Translations under genes and position numbers: made by a program
In this document: positions 41,026-51,028 of the stretch, piece by piece
How the letters are laid out: every line of letters begins with the position of its first letter
How positions within the stretch are numbered: position 1 is the stretch's first letter
The notes under the pieces: generated by a model
Database searches by the model: none
Told to the model about the DNA's origin: nothing
Seen by the model: the letters and a program-made list of their open reading frames with translations, nothing else
Assembly: GCA_034530875.2 (NCBI GenBank)
Contig: JAVRCJ020000005.1
Span: forward strand, 64,001-128,000
DNA: 64,000 nt
Direction of reading: 5' to 3'
Source of the DNA: Nostoc sp. DedSLP01
GTDB taxonomy: Bacteria; Cyanobacteriota; Cyanobacteriia; Cyanobacteriales; Nostocaceae

Positions 41026-42486
41026 ATGCTAATTAATGCTGAACTCCTACTGCAATATCAACGCTGTAAACGCCGACCTTTTTTAGATATCCACGGTGAT
41101 AGAGGTCAGCGCGATGCTCCTAACGAGCTGCTGGGGAAACTACAACAAGACAAAATCGCTCATCAACTGAGTAATTTGGCACAGCTGACTTATCATCAAC
41201 CAGATTATCCATCTGGAAACTGGAAAGCGGGAGAAAAAGCAACTTTAGAATTAATGCAACAAGGAGTTGAGTACATCTATAAAGGAATGTTGTTAGCAAC
41301 TTATTCTGAAGGATACACCTTACTGAGTCGTCCAGATTTACTTATTAAACAGCCAGGACAATCTCGCTTTGGAGATTGGATGTATATCCCGGCTAGTATT
41401 GAACTCGGTAAGCGTCCTAAACAAGAATATCAAGTTGTGGCTGCGTTTCATGCCCAAGTGTTGGCAACAGTCCAAGAAATTGTACCCGAGAGTGCTTTGC
41501 TGATTTTACGGGCTAAAAATACTAGTTATGTAGTGGATTTGTTGAAATGGACGCCACAGATGCAACAAATTCTGGTGGAATTTATTCAAGTTTTAGAGTT
41601 ACCAAATCCGCCAGAAATGTTTATTTCTCGGCAAAAATGTAATCTTTGCCATTGGTATAGTCAATGTTATGCCATCGCTCAAAGTCAGCAACATCTTTCG
41701 CTGTTACCAGGCGTAACACCCATTCGCTACACTCAACTCCAAACCTTAGACATCGCAACACTGGAATCTCTCGCCAACACTAGTCCTAGCATTCTCGAGA
41801 ACCTAGTTGGTTTCGACAGCGAAGTGGCAGCAAAACTAGTAGTGCAGGCTCAATCTGTACTTGAAAAACGACCTTTAATATTACCGTATCCGCTTTCAAA
41901 GGAAAACATTACATTTACAGCACCTATAGAGCTTTATTTTGATATTGAGGCACAACCAGACTTGGATTTAGATTATCTTTTGGGAGTTTTGGTGGTAGAT
42001 AGGCTTACCAACACAGAAAAGTTTTATTCTTTTTTAGCAGAAAAACCAGAAGACGAAGAATTAGTTTGGCAGCAATTTTTAAACTTAGTTTGCCAATATC
42101 CCCAAGCGCCAATTTATCATTTTTGCGCGTATGAATTTGATACAGTCAAACGACTAGCAAAGCTTTACAATACTCCGCACTCCTCCGTGCGTCCCATACT
42201 GAATAGATTTGTCGATATCTACGAACTATTAACCCAAAGTGTAGCATTGCCTGTGGAAAGCTATGCCCTCAAAGCGATCGCTCGTTGGTTAGGATTTGAG
42301 TGGCGTAATAAAGAAGCTAGCGGTGCTAAGTGCATTTACTGGTATGAAGAATGGTTGAAGACAGGCGATCGGACATTGCTAGCAAGTATCCAAAGTTACA
42401 ATGAAGATGATTGCCGTGCGACCTGCATAGTTAAAGACTGGCTGGTTCAGTTTTTCCAAGATGAATACAGTTGGCAGCTTGCTTAA
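41026..42486 (+). CDS. TM0106-family RecB-like nuclease with C-terminal RNase H-like domain
   Basis: RPDLLIK, C..C.W...C, YFDIE, SYALK, YNEDDCRAT. Confidence 0.88.
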   Translation: MLINAELLLQYQRCKRRPFLDIHGDRGQRDAPNELLGKLQQDKIAHQLSNLAQLTYHQPDYPSGNWKAGEKATLELMQQGVEYIYKGMLLATYSEGYTLLSRPDLLIKQPGQSRFGDWMYIPASIELGKRPKQEYQVVAAFHAQVLATVQEIVPESALLILRAKNTSYVVDLLKWTPQMQQILVEFIQVLELPNPPEMFISRQKCNLCHWYSQCYAIAQSQQHLSLLPGVTPIRYTQLQTLDIATLESLANTSPSILENLVGFDSEVAAKLVVQAQSVLEKRPLILPYPLSKENITFTAPIELYFDIEAQPDLDLDYLLGVLVVDRLTNTEKFYSFLAEKPEDEELVWQQFLNLVCQYPQAPIYHFCAYEFDTVKRLAKLYNTPHSSVRPILNRFVDIYELLTQSVALPVESYALKAIARWLGFEWRNKEASGAKCIYWYEEWLKTGDRTLLASIQSYNEDDCRATCIVKDWLVQFFQDEYSWQLA

Positions 42487-42744
42487 TGAATTCTAAGTAG
42501 GTACTGAGCAGTGAGAGAAGAATTCCTAATACTAATTCGCAGATATTATTTAGGTAATTTATAAATTTCTACTCTTCACCCCTAATCGTGACTTCCTAAA
42601 AGCCAAAATTACAAAGTACTAAATACTGGTAAATTATGCCAAAATTTGTCTGTGGTTAATAGCCACAAATTTAATTTTGCAGCTGATTACCCAGCCACTC
42701 ACCCCTAATTGCCAGTACCTTTTTGAATTAAACAATAGCTTTCT

Positions 42745-43935
42745 ATGCAGTTAATTAAAAAAATCTTCCGATTTCCCAGGCTGATTTACTTTTTCATTCC
42801 AATTTTAATTACTAGCCTATTCTTGACAAATTTACCATCCAATGCTTTTGAAATAAGTAGCATCAAATTTATTGGAGAAGTTACTTTACCTAAAAATTTA
42901 ACCTTCCAAAAAACTGAAGTTGGAGGTTTATCAGGAATTACATATAATGCAAAAAATAACCTTTATTATGCTATTTCCGATGACCGCGGGCAAAAAGGTA
43001 ATGCTCGTTTCTACACTTTGAAAATCGATTTAAGCAAGGGTTTATTAAAAAAAGGTGGAGTTGCTGTTGTTAATGCTACTACCTTATTAAAGCAAAATGG
43101 TGAAAAGTTTACTCGTGGTGAAACTGATACAGAAGGCATTGCTTTCATGAATAAAGACACTGTATTTATTTCATCTGAAGGCGATGTCGGTAAATTAATT
43201 AATCCTTTTATTAAAGAATTTTCATTATCTTCTGGTAAAGAAATTGCAGCACTTCCTATACCCAACAAATTTTTGCCAGATAAAAATGGTCAAAAAGGTA
43301 TCCGCAACAATTTAGCTTTTGAAAGCCTGACCGTTACACCCGATGAAAAATATCTATTTACAGCTACAGAAAATGCTTTAATTCAAGATGGTTCAGCAGC
43401 TCAACCGAAAATTGGTACTCCTTGTCGGATTTTGCAATATAACTTCCTCAGCAACCAACCAGAACGAGAATTTCTTTACCAAACTGAACCAGTAGCACCG
43501 TTTTTGAATATTACGGGTAAATTTGCAAGTGGATTACCTGATTTACTCGCTCTCGATAATCAAGGAAATTTCTTAAGTTTAGAACGGTCTTTTACTGGTA
43601 TAGGATTTGCTGTTTCTCTATTTCAGGTTTCATTAAATGGAGCCGATGATATTCATAATATTGATAGTCTTTTAGTAGTTGACTCTAAAGCTATTAAACC
43701 AGTACAGAAAAAACTATTGTTAGATTTGAGAACTCTAGATGTAGCTCTAGACAATATCGAAGGCTTAACTCTCGGTTCTAAGTTACCAGATGGACAGCGT
43801 TCGTTAATTCTCGTTAGCGACAACAATTTTAACTCTCTACAACGTACCAAAATCTTAGCTTTTAAAATCAAGATAGAAACACCATTAATGAGATTGTTAC
43901 GTCGTTTACTGCCAAATCTAAATCGCGAACGGTAA
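42745..43935 (+). CDS. Esterase-like activity of phytase family protein
   Basis: GGLSGI, ISDDR, DTEGI, ISSEG, RNNLAFESL, DNIEGL, VSDNNF. Confidence 0.9.
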   Translation: MQLIKKIFRFPRLIYFFIPILITSLFLTNLPSNAFEISSIKFIGEVTLPKNLTFQKTEVGGLSGITYNAKNNLYYAISDDRGQKGNARFYTLKIDLSKGLLKKGGVAVVNATTLLKQNGEKFTRGETDTEGIAFMNKDTVFISSEGDVGKLINPFIKEFSLSSGKEIAALPIPNKFLPDKNGQKGIRNNLAFESLTVTPDEKYLFTATENALIQDGSAAQPKIGTPCRILQYNFLSNQPEREFLYQTEPVAPFLNITGKFASGLPDLLALDNQGNFLSLERSFTGIGFAVSLFQVSLNGADDIHNIDSLLVVDSKAIKPVQKKLLLDLRTLDVALDNIEGLTLGSKLPDGQRSLILVSDNNFNSLQRTKILAFKIKIETPLMRLLRRLLPNLNRER

Positions 43936-44325
43936 AGAGTCTAAGCAATTTTAAAAGTTACATCCCTGACTTGTTAAATTAAGCCAGGGATCTATACATG
44001 GTAAATTTTTAGAAATCAAATACAATAGCTATATTTACTTTTTTCTAGTTATTACTGTGTATTTACTGAATCCACCAGATAAATTTATCTAGTCTATTTA
44101 GACTTTCAGTGTAATTTCTCAACCGTATTCCTTAATAAATATGTTACATAATGTGTAAGAGCTTTTGCATAGAGGCGAACCACATTCAATGTAATAAATT
44201 TTGCTGGTAGCAGTTGTTAAAATTATACCATTTAATTAATTTAACAAGCTTAAAGTTTTTCAAAATAATAATTGACTCAATTTATTCAAGTGTTTTGCCA
44301 ACAATATTTTTCATAATTGATTTTT

Positions 44326-45927
44326 ATGACAGAAAAAAAAATTGAGAATATGGTAGGGCAAAAAGTAGAATTAGACAATTACATTGGACAATTATTAAAT
44401 AATCGCTATTTAATTAGAGATTTAATTGGTAAAGGCGGGATGGGTAGAGTTTACCTAGCAGAAGATACTGCTAAAGGTGGAATGGCGATCGCTATTAAAA
44501 TTCTATCACTCAGTCTAGCCAACCAACACATGTCTCAACGCTTTGCCAGAGAGATTTTTATTGGCGCGCAATTAGGCCGTAAAAGTAAACATATTGTGCG
44601 GATTTTAAGTTACGGCGTAACTGAGGATAAAGTTCCCTTTTATGTAATGGAATATCTGCAAGGCAAAAACCTCAAACAGATTCTCAAAATTCAGCCTTTA
44701 ACAATATCCAGATTTTTAGAGATTTCTCAGCAAATTTGTTTGGGTTTGCAATGTGCCCACGAAGGTATTAACCTCAAAGGAGAAATTTATCCTATTGTTC
44801 ATAGAGATATTAAACCAGAAAATATATTTCTTAGCGAACATCCTAAGCAAGGAGAAATTGTTAAAATACTCGATTTTGGCATTGCCAAGTTTTTAACAGA
44901 GCGCAGTGGGATGACCCTGACAGATTCTTTTATCGGCAGTTTGCCTTATTGTTCTCCAGAACACATGGAAGGGCGAAAATTGTTGGATGTACGCTCTGAT
45001 ATTTACAGCTTGGGAGTATTAATGTTTGAAATGCTGACAGGTAAACATCCATTTCAGACAAAAAGTAACTCCTTTGGTAGTTGGTATCAAGCGCATCGTT
45101 TCCAAATACCACCTACAGTTGAAGAAGTAAATCCGCAAGTTAAAATACCTCAAGCATTACAAAAAATATTAATGAGTTGTTTGGCAAAAGAAGTCAGCGA
45201 TCGCCCTCAAAATATCAATGAAATATTAGACGAATTAGCAAAAATAAATAACCAAATTGAGGATTCTATTTCTGAAGTCTTGCCAACTATGCAATTAGTT
45301 CCGGTAACCTTATTATCAGAAAAAGAGTGTTTGCAGAAAATTTGGCCTAAAAATAAGCCAGTTGCACCAATTGGATTTCCTCATTTATTACATACTCCTC
45401 AAAAATCTATCCCAACTTTTTGGGCAATGTTACCCAAACAGGAAATTCTAAAATTTTTGGATAAACTGCGCGGTACAGAATTTATCGCTAAAATGGATAT
45501 ATACCCAATGTTATTGTGGGTAACAGTACTATACGATGCCGAACCTTCTCTAACAAAATGGCTACCTTATTTTTTGGATTTGAAAGATTCAAAAGGTCAG
45601 AATATAGCGCGTAGCTTAGCAGAAGTAGGTTACTATCATCTACTATTTTTCCCCCTAGAAGATGCCAATCGTTGCTCCCATGTTACGACTTTAAGCATCA
45701 CAGCTAGCCAGCGCCAGCAACTGACAGATTGGTTAAATACGAATCAAAAATTAAATGAATCAATTTTACCTCAAGAAGCCAAAAATCTTTTAAAAATAGA
45801 ATACGAAAAGCTTAAATTAGAGATTTTACGCAAATTAGTTACAGAGCAAAAATCTGAAAAAGAAACTTTAAAAAATAGGCTTGCTAAATTTTGGGAGATG
45901 GTTTTTAAATTTATATCAATTCGTTAA
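44326..45927 (+). CDS. Hanks-type Ser/Thr protein kinase
   Basis: GKGGMGRVY, AIK, HRDIKPEN, DFG, SPE, DIYSLG. Confidence 0.95.
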   Translation: MTEKKIENMVGQKVELDNYIGQLLNNRYLIRDLIGKGGMGRVYLAEDTAKGGMAIAIKILSLSLANQHMSQRFAREIFIGAQLGRKSKHIVRILSYGVTEDKVPFYVMEYLQGKNLKQILKIQPLTISRFLEISQQICLGLQCAHEGINLKGEIYPIVHRDIKPENIFLSEHPKQGEIVKILDFGIAKFLTERSGMTLTDSFIGSLPYCSPEHMEGRKLLDVRSDIYSLGVLMFEMLTGKHPFQTKSNSFGSWYQAHRFQIPPTVEEVNPQVKIPQALQKILMSCLAKEVSDRPQNINEILDELAKINNQIEDSISEVLPTMQLVPVTLLSEKECLQKIWPKNKPVAPIGFPHLLHTPQKSIPTFWAMLPKQEILKFLDKLRGTEFIAKMDIYPMLLWVTVLYDAEPSLTKWLPYFLDLKDSKGQNIARSLAEVGYYHLLFFPLEDANRCSHVTTLSITASQRQQLTDWLNTNQKLNESILPQEAKNLLKIEYEKLKLEILRKLVTEQKSEKETLKNRLAKFWEMVFKFISIR

Positions 45928-46027
45928 AATTTTACTATTAAAATTAAAAAATTATTAATATTGAATAATATAATTTATATATTACCATCACTAACTGTAA
46001 ATAAATTAAGGAGCAGAGGTTACCAAA

Positions 46028-47554
46028 GTGAATCAAAGCCCATTTGCATCTCCCAGTAATAAGGGCTTGCTTGCCAATCGTTATCAGCTCAAGCAATTAA
46101 TTGGCAGCGGTGGCATGGGGGAAGTTTTTTTAGCAAATGATATTTTGTTAGGGGGAACACCAGTTGCTATAAAGTTTTTGACTCAGACTGTTGCCGACAG
46201 CAAAATGCAACAAGACTTCGCTCGTGAAGCTTTAATGAGTGCAGCTTTGAGCCAAAAAAGCGTACATATAGTGCGCGCGTATGATTATGGCGTTAGTGAA
46301 AAAGGAAAACCATACTACGTTATGGAATACCTATTTGGCAAGAGTTTAAAGGATTTAATTCCGCTATCCCTACCGATGTTTTTGACTTTATCCAGACAAA
46401 TTTGTTTGGGTTTACAGTGCGCTCATGAAGGCATTAATATTGATGGCAAAATTTGTCCGTTAGTTCATAGAGATATAAAACCTGCAAATATATTAGTTAT
46501 CCCCGATCCTATATTAGGTTATTTAGTTAAAATTTTAGACTTTGGTATTGCTCGATTTTTAAATTATGCATCAACAGCCTCTACAAGTAGAGGGTTTAAT
46601 GGGACTTTGCCTTATTGTTCTCCAGAACAACTAGATGGGGAAAAATTAGACGGTCGTTCTGATATTTATAGCCTGGGCGTGATGATGTTTGAGATGCTCA
46701 CAGGCAAAAAACCTTGGCAGCCAGAAACTGACTACTTTGGTGCTTGGTATAAAGCACATCACTTTGAAGCACCAAAAGCGATCGCAGATGTCAAACCCAA
46801 TCTGAAATTGCCTCAAAAACTTAATAATTTAATTATGGCTTGTCTTGCGAAAAAACCAAGCGATCGCCCACAAAATATTGCTCAAATTTTACAAGTTTTA
46901 AATAGTTTAGAACAATCTAATTGTCCTAGTTTACCTACAACTTTAGCCTCTAGAACTATCCTCACTCGCCCTTTAGATTCTGGCTTAACAATTACATTAG
47001 AACAAACCTGTCGGCAACTTTCTTGGCCTGAGAATAAACCAATTCAAGAAATTGTTTTTCCCCACATTATAGACACCTTACAAAAACCCATAACTGCACT
47101 ATGGTTAATGTTGCCTCAACCAGAAATTAAAAAGTATGCTCTTTCTACCCGTTACAATCAATTTATTTTCATCACATCTCCCCACCCAATGCTCCTGTGG
47201 GTAACTTTACTCTACCATCGAGAACTCGCCCCTAAGTGGCTGCCCTGCTACCTAGATATGCAAAATCTCCAAAATCGCAAAATGGTGAGCTTTCTGGCTG
47301 AAAATGAGCGCTATCCGTTGATTTTCTTTACTTTGGAAGCCCCACATTCCTGTGCTAATGTTCTCAGCAGCCGCATTGACCAAAATCAGCGACAAATGTT
47401 AAAAACTTGGGTCGAACAAAGTCAGAACCTACCGCCCAGTTCTCAAGCCCACTTGAGTAAACAGCTTCTAAAACAACAGTATAAACAAATGCAATCCAAG
47501 ATATTGCAGCATTTAGAATCAAAGCCCCAGGTTGTATTATCCGGATCTGCGTAA
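46028..47554 (+). CDS. Hanks-type Ser/Thr protein kinase (paralog of the upstream gene)
   Basis: GSGGMGEVF, HRDIKPAN, DFG, DIYSLG; C-terminal domain shared with the upstream kinase. Confidence 0.95.
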   Translation: MNQSPFASPSNKGLLANRYQLKQLIGSGGMGEVFLANDILLGGTPVAIKFLTQTVADSKMQQDFAREALMSAALSQKSVHIVRAYDYGVSEKGKPYYVMEYLFGKSLKDLIPLSLPMFLTLSRQICLGLQCAHEGINIDGKICPLVHRDIKPANILVIPDPILGYLVKILDFGIARFLNYASTASTSRGFNGTLPYCSPEQLDGEKLDGRSDIYSLGVMMFEMLTGKKPWQPETDYFGAWYKAHHFEAPKAIADVKPNLKLPQKLNNLIMACLAKKPSDRPQNIAQILQVLNSLEQSNCPSLPTTLASRTILTRPLDSGLTITLEQTCRQLSWPENKPIQEIVFPHIIDTLQKPITALWLMLPQPEIKKYALSTRYNQFIFITSPHPMLLWVTLLYHRELAPKWLPCYLDMQNLQNRKMVSFLAENERYPLIFFTLEAPHSCANVLSSRIDQNQRQMLKTWVEQSQNLPPSSQAHLSKQLLKQQYKQMQSKILQHLESKPQVVLSGSA

Positions 47555-47648
47555 ACCACTCATCTGCAACTTTGGATGGAGTTGTTAGTAAGGGAAGATG
47601 AGGGAAATACAGGGCAAAAATAATTTCTGATTTCTCACTCAAAAACAC

Positions 47649-47677
47649 TTGACAATTAGAAAAAAAATAGCGACAAT
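47649..47677 (+). promoter_or_regulatory. Sigma70-type promoter of tRNA-Asp
   Basis: TTGACA-17 bp-GACAAT. Confidence 0.6.
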
Positions 47678-47694
47678 AGCAAAGTTGCCATCAA

Positions 47695-47768
47695 GGGACT
47701 GTAGTTCAATTGGTTAGAGCACCGCCCTGTCACGGCGGAAGTTGCGGGTTCGAGCCCCGTCAGTCCCG
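47695..47768 (+). tRNA. trnD: tRNA-Asp(GTC)
   Basis: gggactg...cagtccc acceptor stem, ccgcc-ctGTCac-ggcgg anticodon arm, GGTTCGAG T-loop; CCA not encoded. Confidence 0.97.
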
Positions 47769-47938
47769 TTCTAAAATAAATAGCAAGCCTTAATTCCTGA
47801 GTAGTAGAGGAATGTGACCTAATTATCTTATATTGCTAGGCTCAACATGAAGCGATGAATCCTATCTCTGTAGGCTCAAACCTGAAAGTTGAAATATAAG
47901 GTACATTTATTGATGCTTTGCAAAAGAGAGAATAAACT

Positions 47939-49384
47939 GTGACTGTTAGAGTCCGTATTGCGCCCAGTCCGACTGGAAATTTACATATTGGTACAGCGAG
48001 AACGGCTGTATTTAATTGGTTATTTGCCCGCCACCACGGTGGGACGTTCATTTTGAGAATAGAAGACACAGACTTAGAGCGATCGCGTCCTGAATATACT
48101 GAAAATATCCTTCAAGGGCTGCGCTGGTTAGGGTTGAACTGGGATGAAGGGCCGTTTTTTCAATCGCAACGCCTGGATCTTTATAAACAAGCAGTACAAC
48201 AACTACTAGATCTAGGATTAGCTTATCGCTGTTACACCACTGCTGAAGAACTAGAGGCTTTACGAGAAGCCCAAAAAGCTAGAGGCGAAGCTCCTCGCTA
48301 TGACAACCGTCACCGCAACCTCACCCCAGAACAACGCGCTGCTTTTGAAGCAGAAGGTCGTTCTTCTGTAATTCGCTTCAAAATTGAAGACGATCGCGAA
48401 ATTGTCTGGAACGATTTAGTCAGAGGAAAAATGTCCTGGCGAGGTAGCGATTTAGGCGGTGATATGGTTATCGCCCGCGCCTCAGAAGAGGGTAGCGGTC
48501 AACCTTTATACAACTTTGTAGTTGTAGTTGATGACATCGATATGCAAATTACCCATGTCATTCGCGGAGAAGACCACATCGCCAACACAGCCAAGCAAAT
48601 TTTGCTGTATGAAGCTTTGGGAGCAAAAATTCCAGAGTTTGCCCACTCACCGCTGATTTTGAACAAGGAAGGGCGTAAACTTTCCAAGCGGGATGGCGTC
48701 ACTTCTATCTCTGACTTTAAGCAAATGGGCTTTACTGCCGAAGGCTTGGTAAATTACATGACATTACTTGGTTGGTCGCCCCCAGATTCAACCCAAGAAA
48801 TATTTACCTTAGAAACAGCAGCCAAAGAATTCAGCTTTGAGCGAGTTAATAAAGCAGGTGCAAAATTTGACTGGGACAAGCTCGATTGGTTGAACAGTCA
48901 GTATATCCACAATACGCCTGTAGATAAACTCACTGATTTACTCATACCTTATTGGCAAGAAGCTGGGTATAAATTTGACGGGGGACGCAGCCGCCCGTGG
49001 TTAGAGCAGTTAGTAACTTTAATTAGCCAAAGCTTGGCTCGACTGGTAGACGCTGTAGCTATGAGTCAAGTGTTTTTCACCGACACAGTTGAATTTAGCG
49101 ACGAAGCAAATACACAACTCAAGCAAGAAGGTTCTGCTGCTGTCCTTGAGGGGATTGTCACTGCTTTGGAAAATCAGCCGCAACTCTCGGAAGAATCTGC
49201 CCAAGAGATTATTAAACAAGTAGTTAAAGAACAAAAAGTCAAAAAAGGCTTAGTAATGCGATCGCTCAGAGCAGCTTTAACTGGAGACGTTCACGGCCCC
49301 GACCTCATCCAATCTTGGTTATTACTAAATCAAATTGGTTTAGATCGGCTGCGCTTGAGTAGAGCAATTACCCAAGTTAATTAG
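47939..49384 (+). CDS. gltX: Glutamate--tRNA ligase
   Basis: [28 protein letters not shown]. Confidence 0.97.
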   Translation: MTVRVRIAPSPTGNLHIGTARTAVFNWLFARHHGGTFILRIEDTDLERSRPEYTENILQGLRWLGLNWDEGPFFQSQRLDLYKQAVQQLLDLGLAYRCYTTAEELEALREAQKARGEAPRYDNRHRNLTPEQRAAFEAEGRSSVIRFKIEDDREIVWNDLVRGKMSWRGSDLGGDMVIARASEEGSGQPLYNFVVVVDDIDMQITHVIRGEDHIANTAKQILLYEALGAKIPEFAHSPLILNKEGRKLSKRDGVTSISDFKQMGFTAEGLVNYMTLLGWSPPDSTQEIFTLETAAKEFSFERVNKAGAKFDWDKLDWLNSQYIHNTPVDKLTDLLIPYWQEAGYKFDGGRSRPWLEQLVTLISQSLARLVDAVAMSQVFFTDTVEFSDEANTQLKQEGSAAVLEGIVTALENQPQLSEESAQEIIKQVVKEQKVKKGLVMRSLRAALTGDVHGPDLIQSWLLLNQIGLDRLRLSRAITQVN

Positions 49385-49913
49385 CGATGACTCCCAGTTT
49401 TTAGAAATATTTTAGTTAGATTTTAAGGGCGTATATTTATGCGCCTCTAAAATCTATCTATTGAGCATAGAACCCACATTTCGCAGGTGTGATCGTAAAT
49501 GCTGTATTTTTGAAAGTAACTTCAATGCTGCATTTTAGAAGCATGAGAGTATAACCATTAGATACCAACCATATCCGGCAGGTAAATGAATAGGCTGATG
49601 GTATTTTTAAATCATGATATCTGAGCAACGTTGGATTCTCCAGTTTCTCAGTGAGCCTTGCCGAAAATATTATTTGCTTACCAAAGAGACCTGCAAAATG
49701 TATATTGCATAATTAAAAATTGTAACACGTAAGTAGTGATTAGTAGTTGCTAATATTACTATTGTCTGGTTAGCTCAATTTTTATACGGCTTTAGTCCGA
49801 TACTGCATTGTTTAACATAATTAAATAATACTTACGCATTCACAAAAAACGTAAAGTAACTAATTCTAATTTTTGAACATAAAATTAAATTGCCACTGAA
49901 CTATACAACAAAT

Positions 49914-50474
49914 ATGAATACAGAAGATTTACTGGTTAACAGTTTTCGGCAGGTATTTGAAAACATGAATAAGGAAGGGATAAAGGATAGCATCGATAAA
50001 AACGGGATTGATAGGTTTATTTCTGATTGTGCATTGTTAGCTGCTACAACAGGTGCAGCTAGTGGTTTTGGGGGATTTTCTACAATGATTGTTGGAGTTC
50101 CTGTAGATGTTATAAATAACGTTATTCAACAGTTTAGAGTCACATTAGGAGTTATTTATCACAAAAAAGGGGTATATAAAGTTTCTTTTTCTCAATTTAT
50201 GAAAATAGTAGGAGTTTCATTAGGTGTAGAGATTGGTGCGTCTCTAACAAAATCAGTAATGATCGCTATTGCTAATAAAATACTTGTTAGATTATCTGCA
50301 TCAAGTGCAGGCAAAGCTGTACCTTTTTTAGGTGCAGTTATTGGCGGCAGTGTAAATTACGGTTTTATTAGAGCTATAGGATCTGCTGTTAAACGAATAG
50401 ATATGAGCAACATTGTCTTTGAAGAAGATGTACAACAAGATGATTCAACTAATGAAACCTCTTTATCTACTTAA
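49914..50474 (+). CDS. EcsC-like membrane-associated protein
   Basis: AATTGAASGFGG...VPVDV...GKAVPFLGAVIGGSVN; start uncertain. Confidence 0.6.
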   Translation: MNTEDLLVNSFRQVFENMNKEGIKDSIDKNGIDRFISDCALLAATTGAASGFGGFSTMIVGVPVDVINNVIQQFRVTLGVIYHKKGVYKVSFSQFMKIVGVSLGVEIGASLTKSVMIAIANKILVRLSASSAGKAVPFLGAVIGGSVNYGFIRAIGSAVKRIDMSNIVFEEDVQQDDSTNETSLST

Positions 50475-50728
50475 AAGATACTGTGCATTTTTTTAGCGTG
50501 TGTTAATCAGATTTATATGAAGGCTTCCTACCAAGATCTGTGCCAAAAAAACTGTTATCAAAAATTGTAACCTACATTGCCCAGATTGAAACGGAGAGTT
50601 CGGTATTTTTTAATAACGTTGAATTAGCAATTAATATTTAAATTTTTGGCTTCACTAAGCTACATAAATATGGTGTTTTCTCATGCATCATTCTTGGATT
50701 GCTATAGATGTTTTCTTGATCTCGGATT

Positions 50729-50983
50729 CTAAACATCAAACCCATATTTTTCTTTTAATAAAGCCTTAAGTTTATCATTAGGTTTTTCTCCATAACAAGA
50801 ACCAACAACCTTTCCATAATCCTCTAAATCAATAGTTTGATTTGATTCGAGTGCTTTTAAAAACTCCTGCTCTAAAGCAGGTCTTATATAAACGAAATAA
50901 TATGCCCATCGACCAGTGCTATCTTTAGCTTTGAGTTTATGAATAAGATGGCCTCGTTCTGCAAAAAACTTATCTTCATGCAT
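50729..50983 (-). CDS. Small hypothetical protein
   Basis: 84 aa: KDSTGRWAYYFV...IDLEDYGKVVGSCYGEKP; last gene of the minus-strand cluster. Confidence 0.75.
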   Translation of the reverse strand: MHEDKFFAERGHLIHKLKAKDSTGRWAYYFVYIRPALEQEFLKALESNQTIDLEDYGKVVGSCYGEKPNDKLKALLKEKYGFDV

Positions 50984-51028
50984 ATCGCTATCACTACTAG
51001 ATGAGTTTGGACTAATTTAGTATGAACT

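Noticed and set aside
41026..42486. TM0106 RecB-like nuclease as a Cas4/CRISPR or defence component
   Set aside because: It sits among housekeeping genes with no array or cas neighbours; a common stand-alone cyanobacterial gene
47695..47768. tRNA-Asp as the integration site of the downstream islet
   Set aside because: No duplicated tRNA 3' end was found; gltX follows directly; the islet repeats match the gltX 3' flank instead
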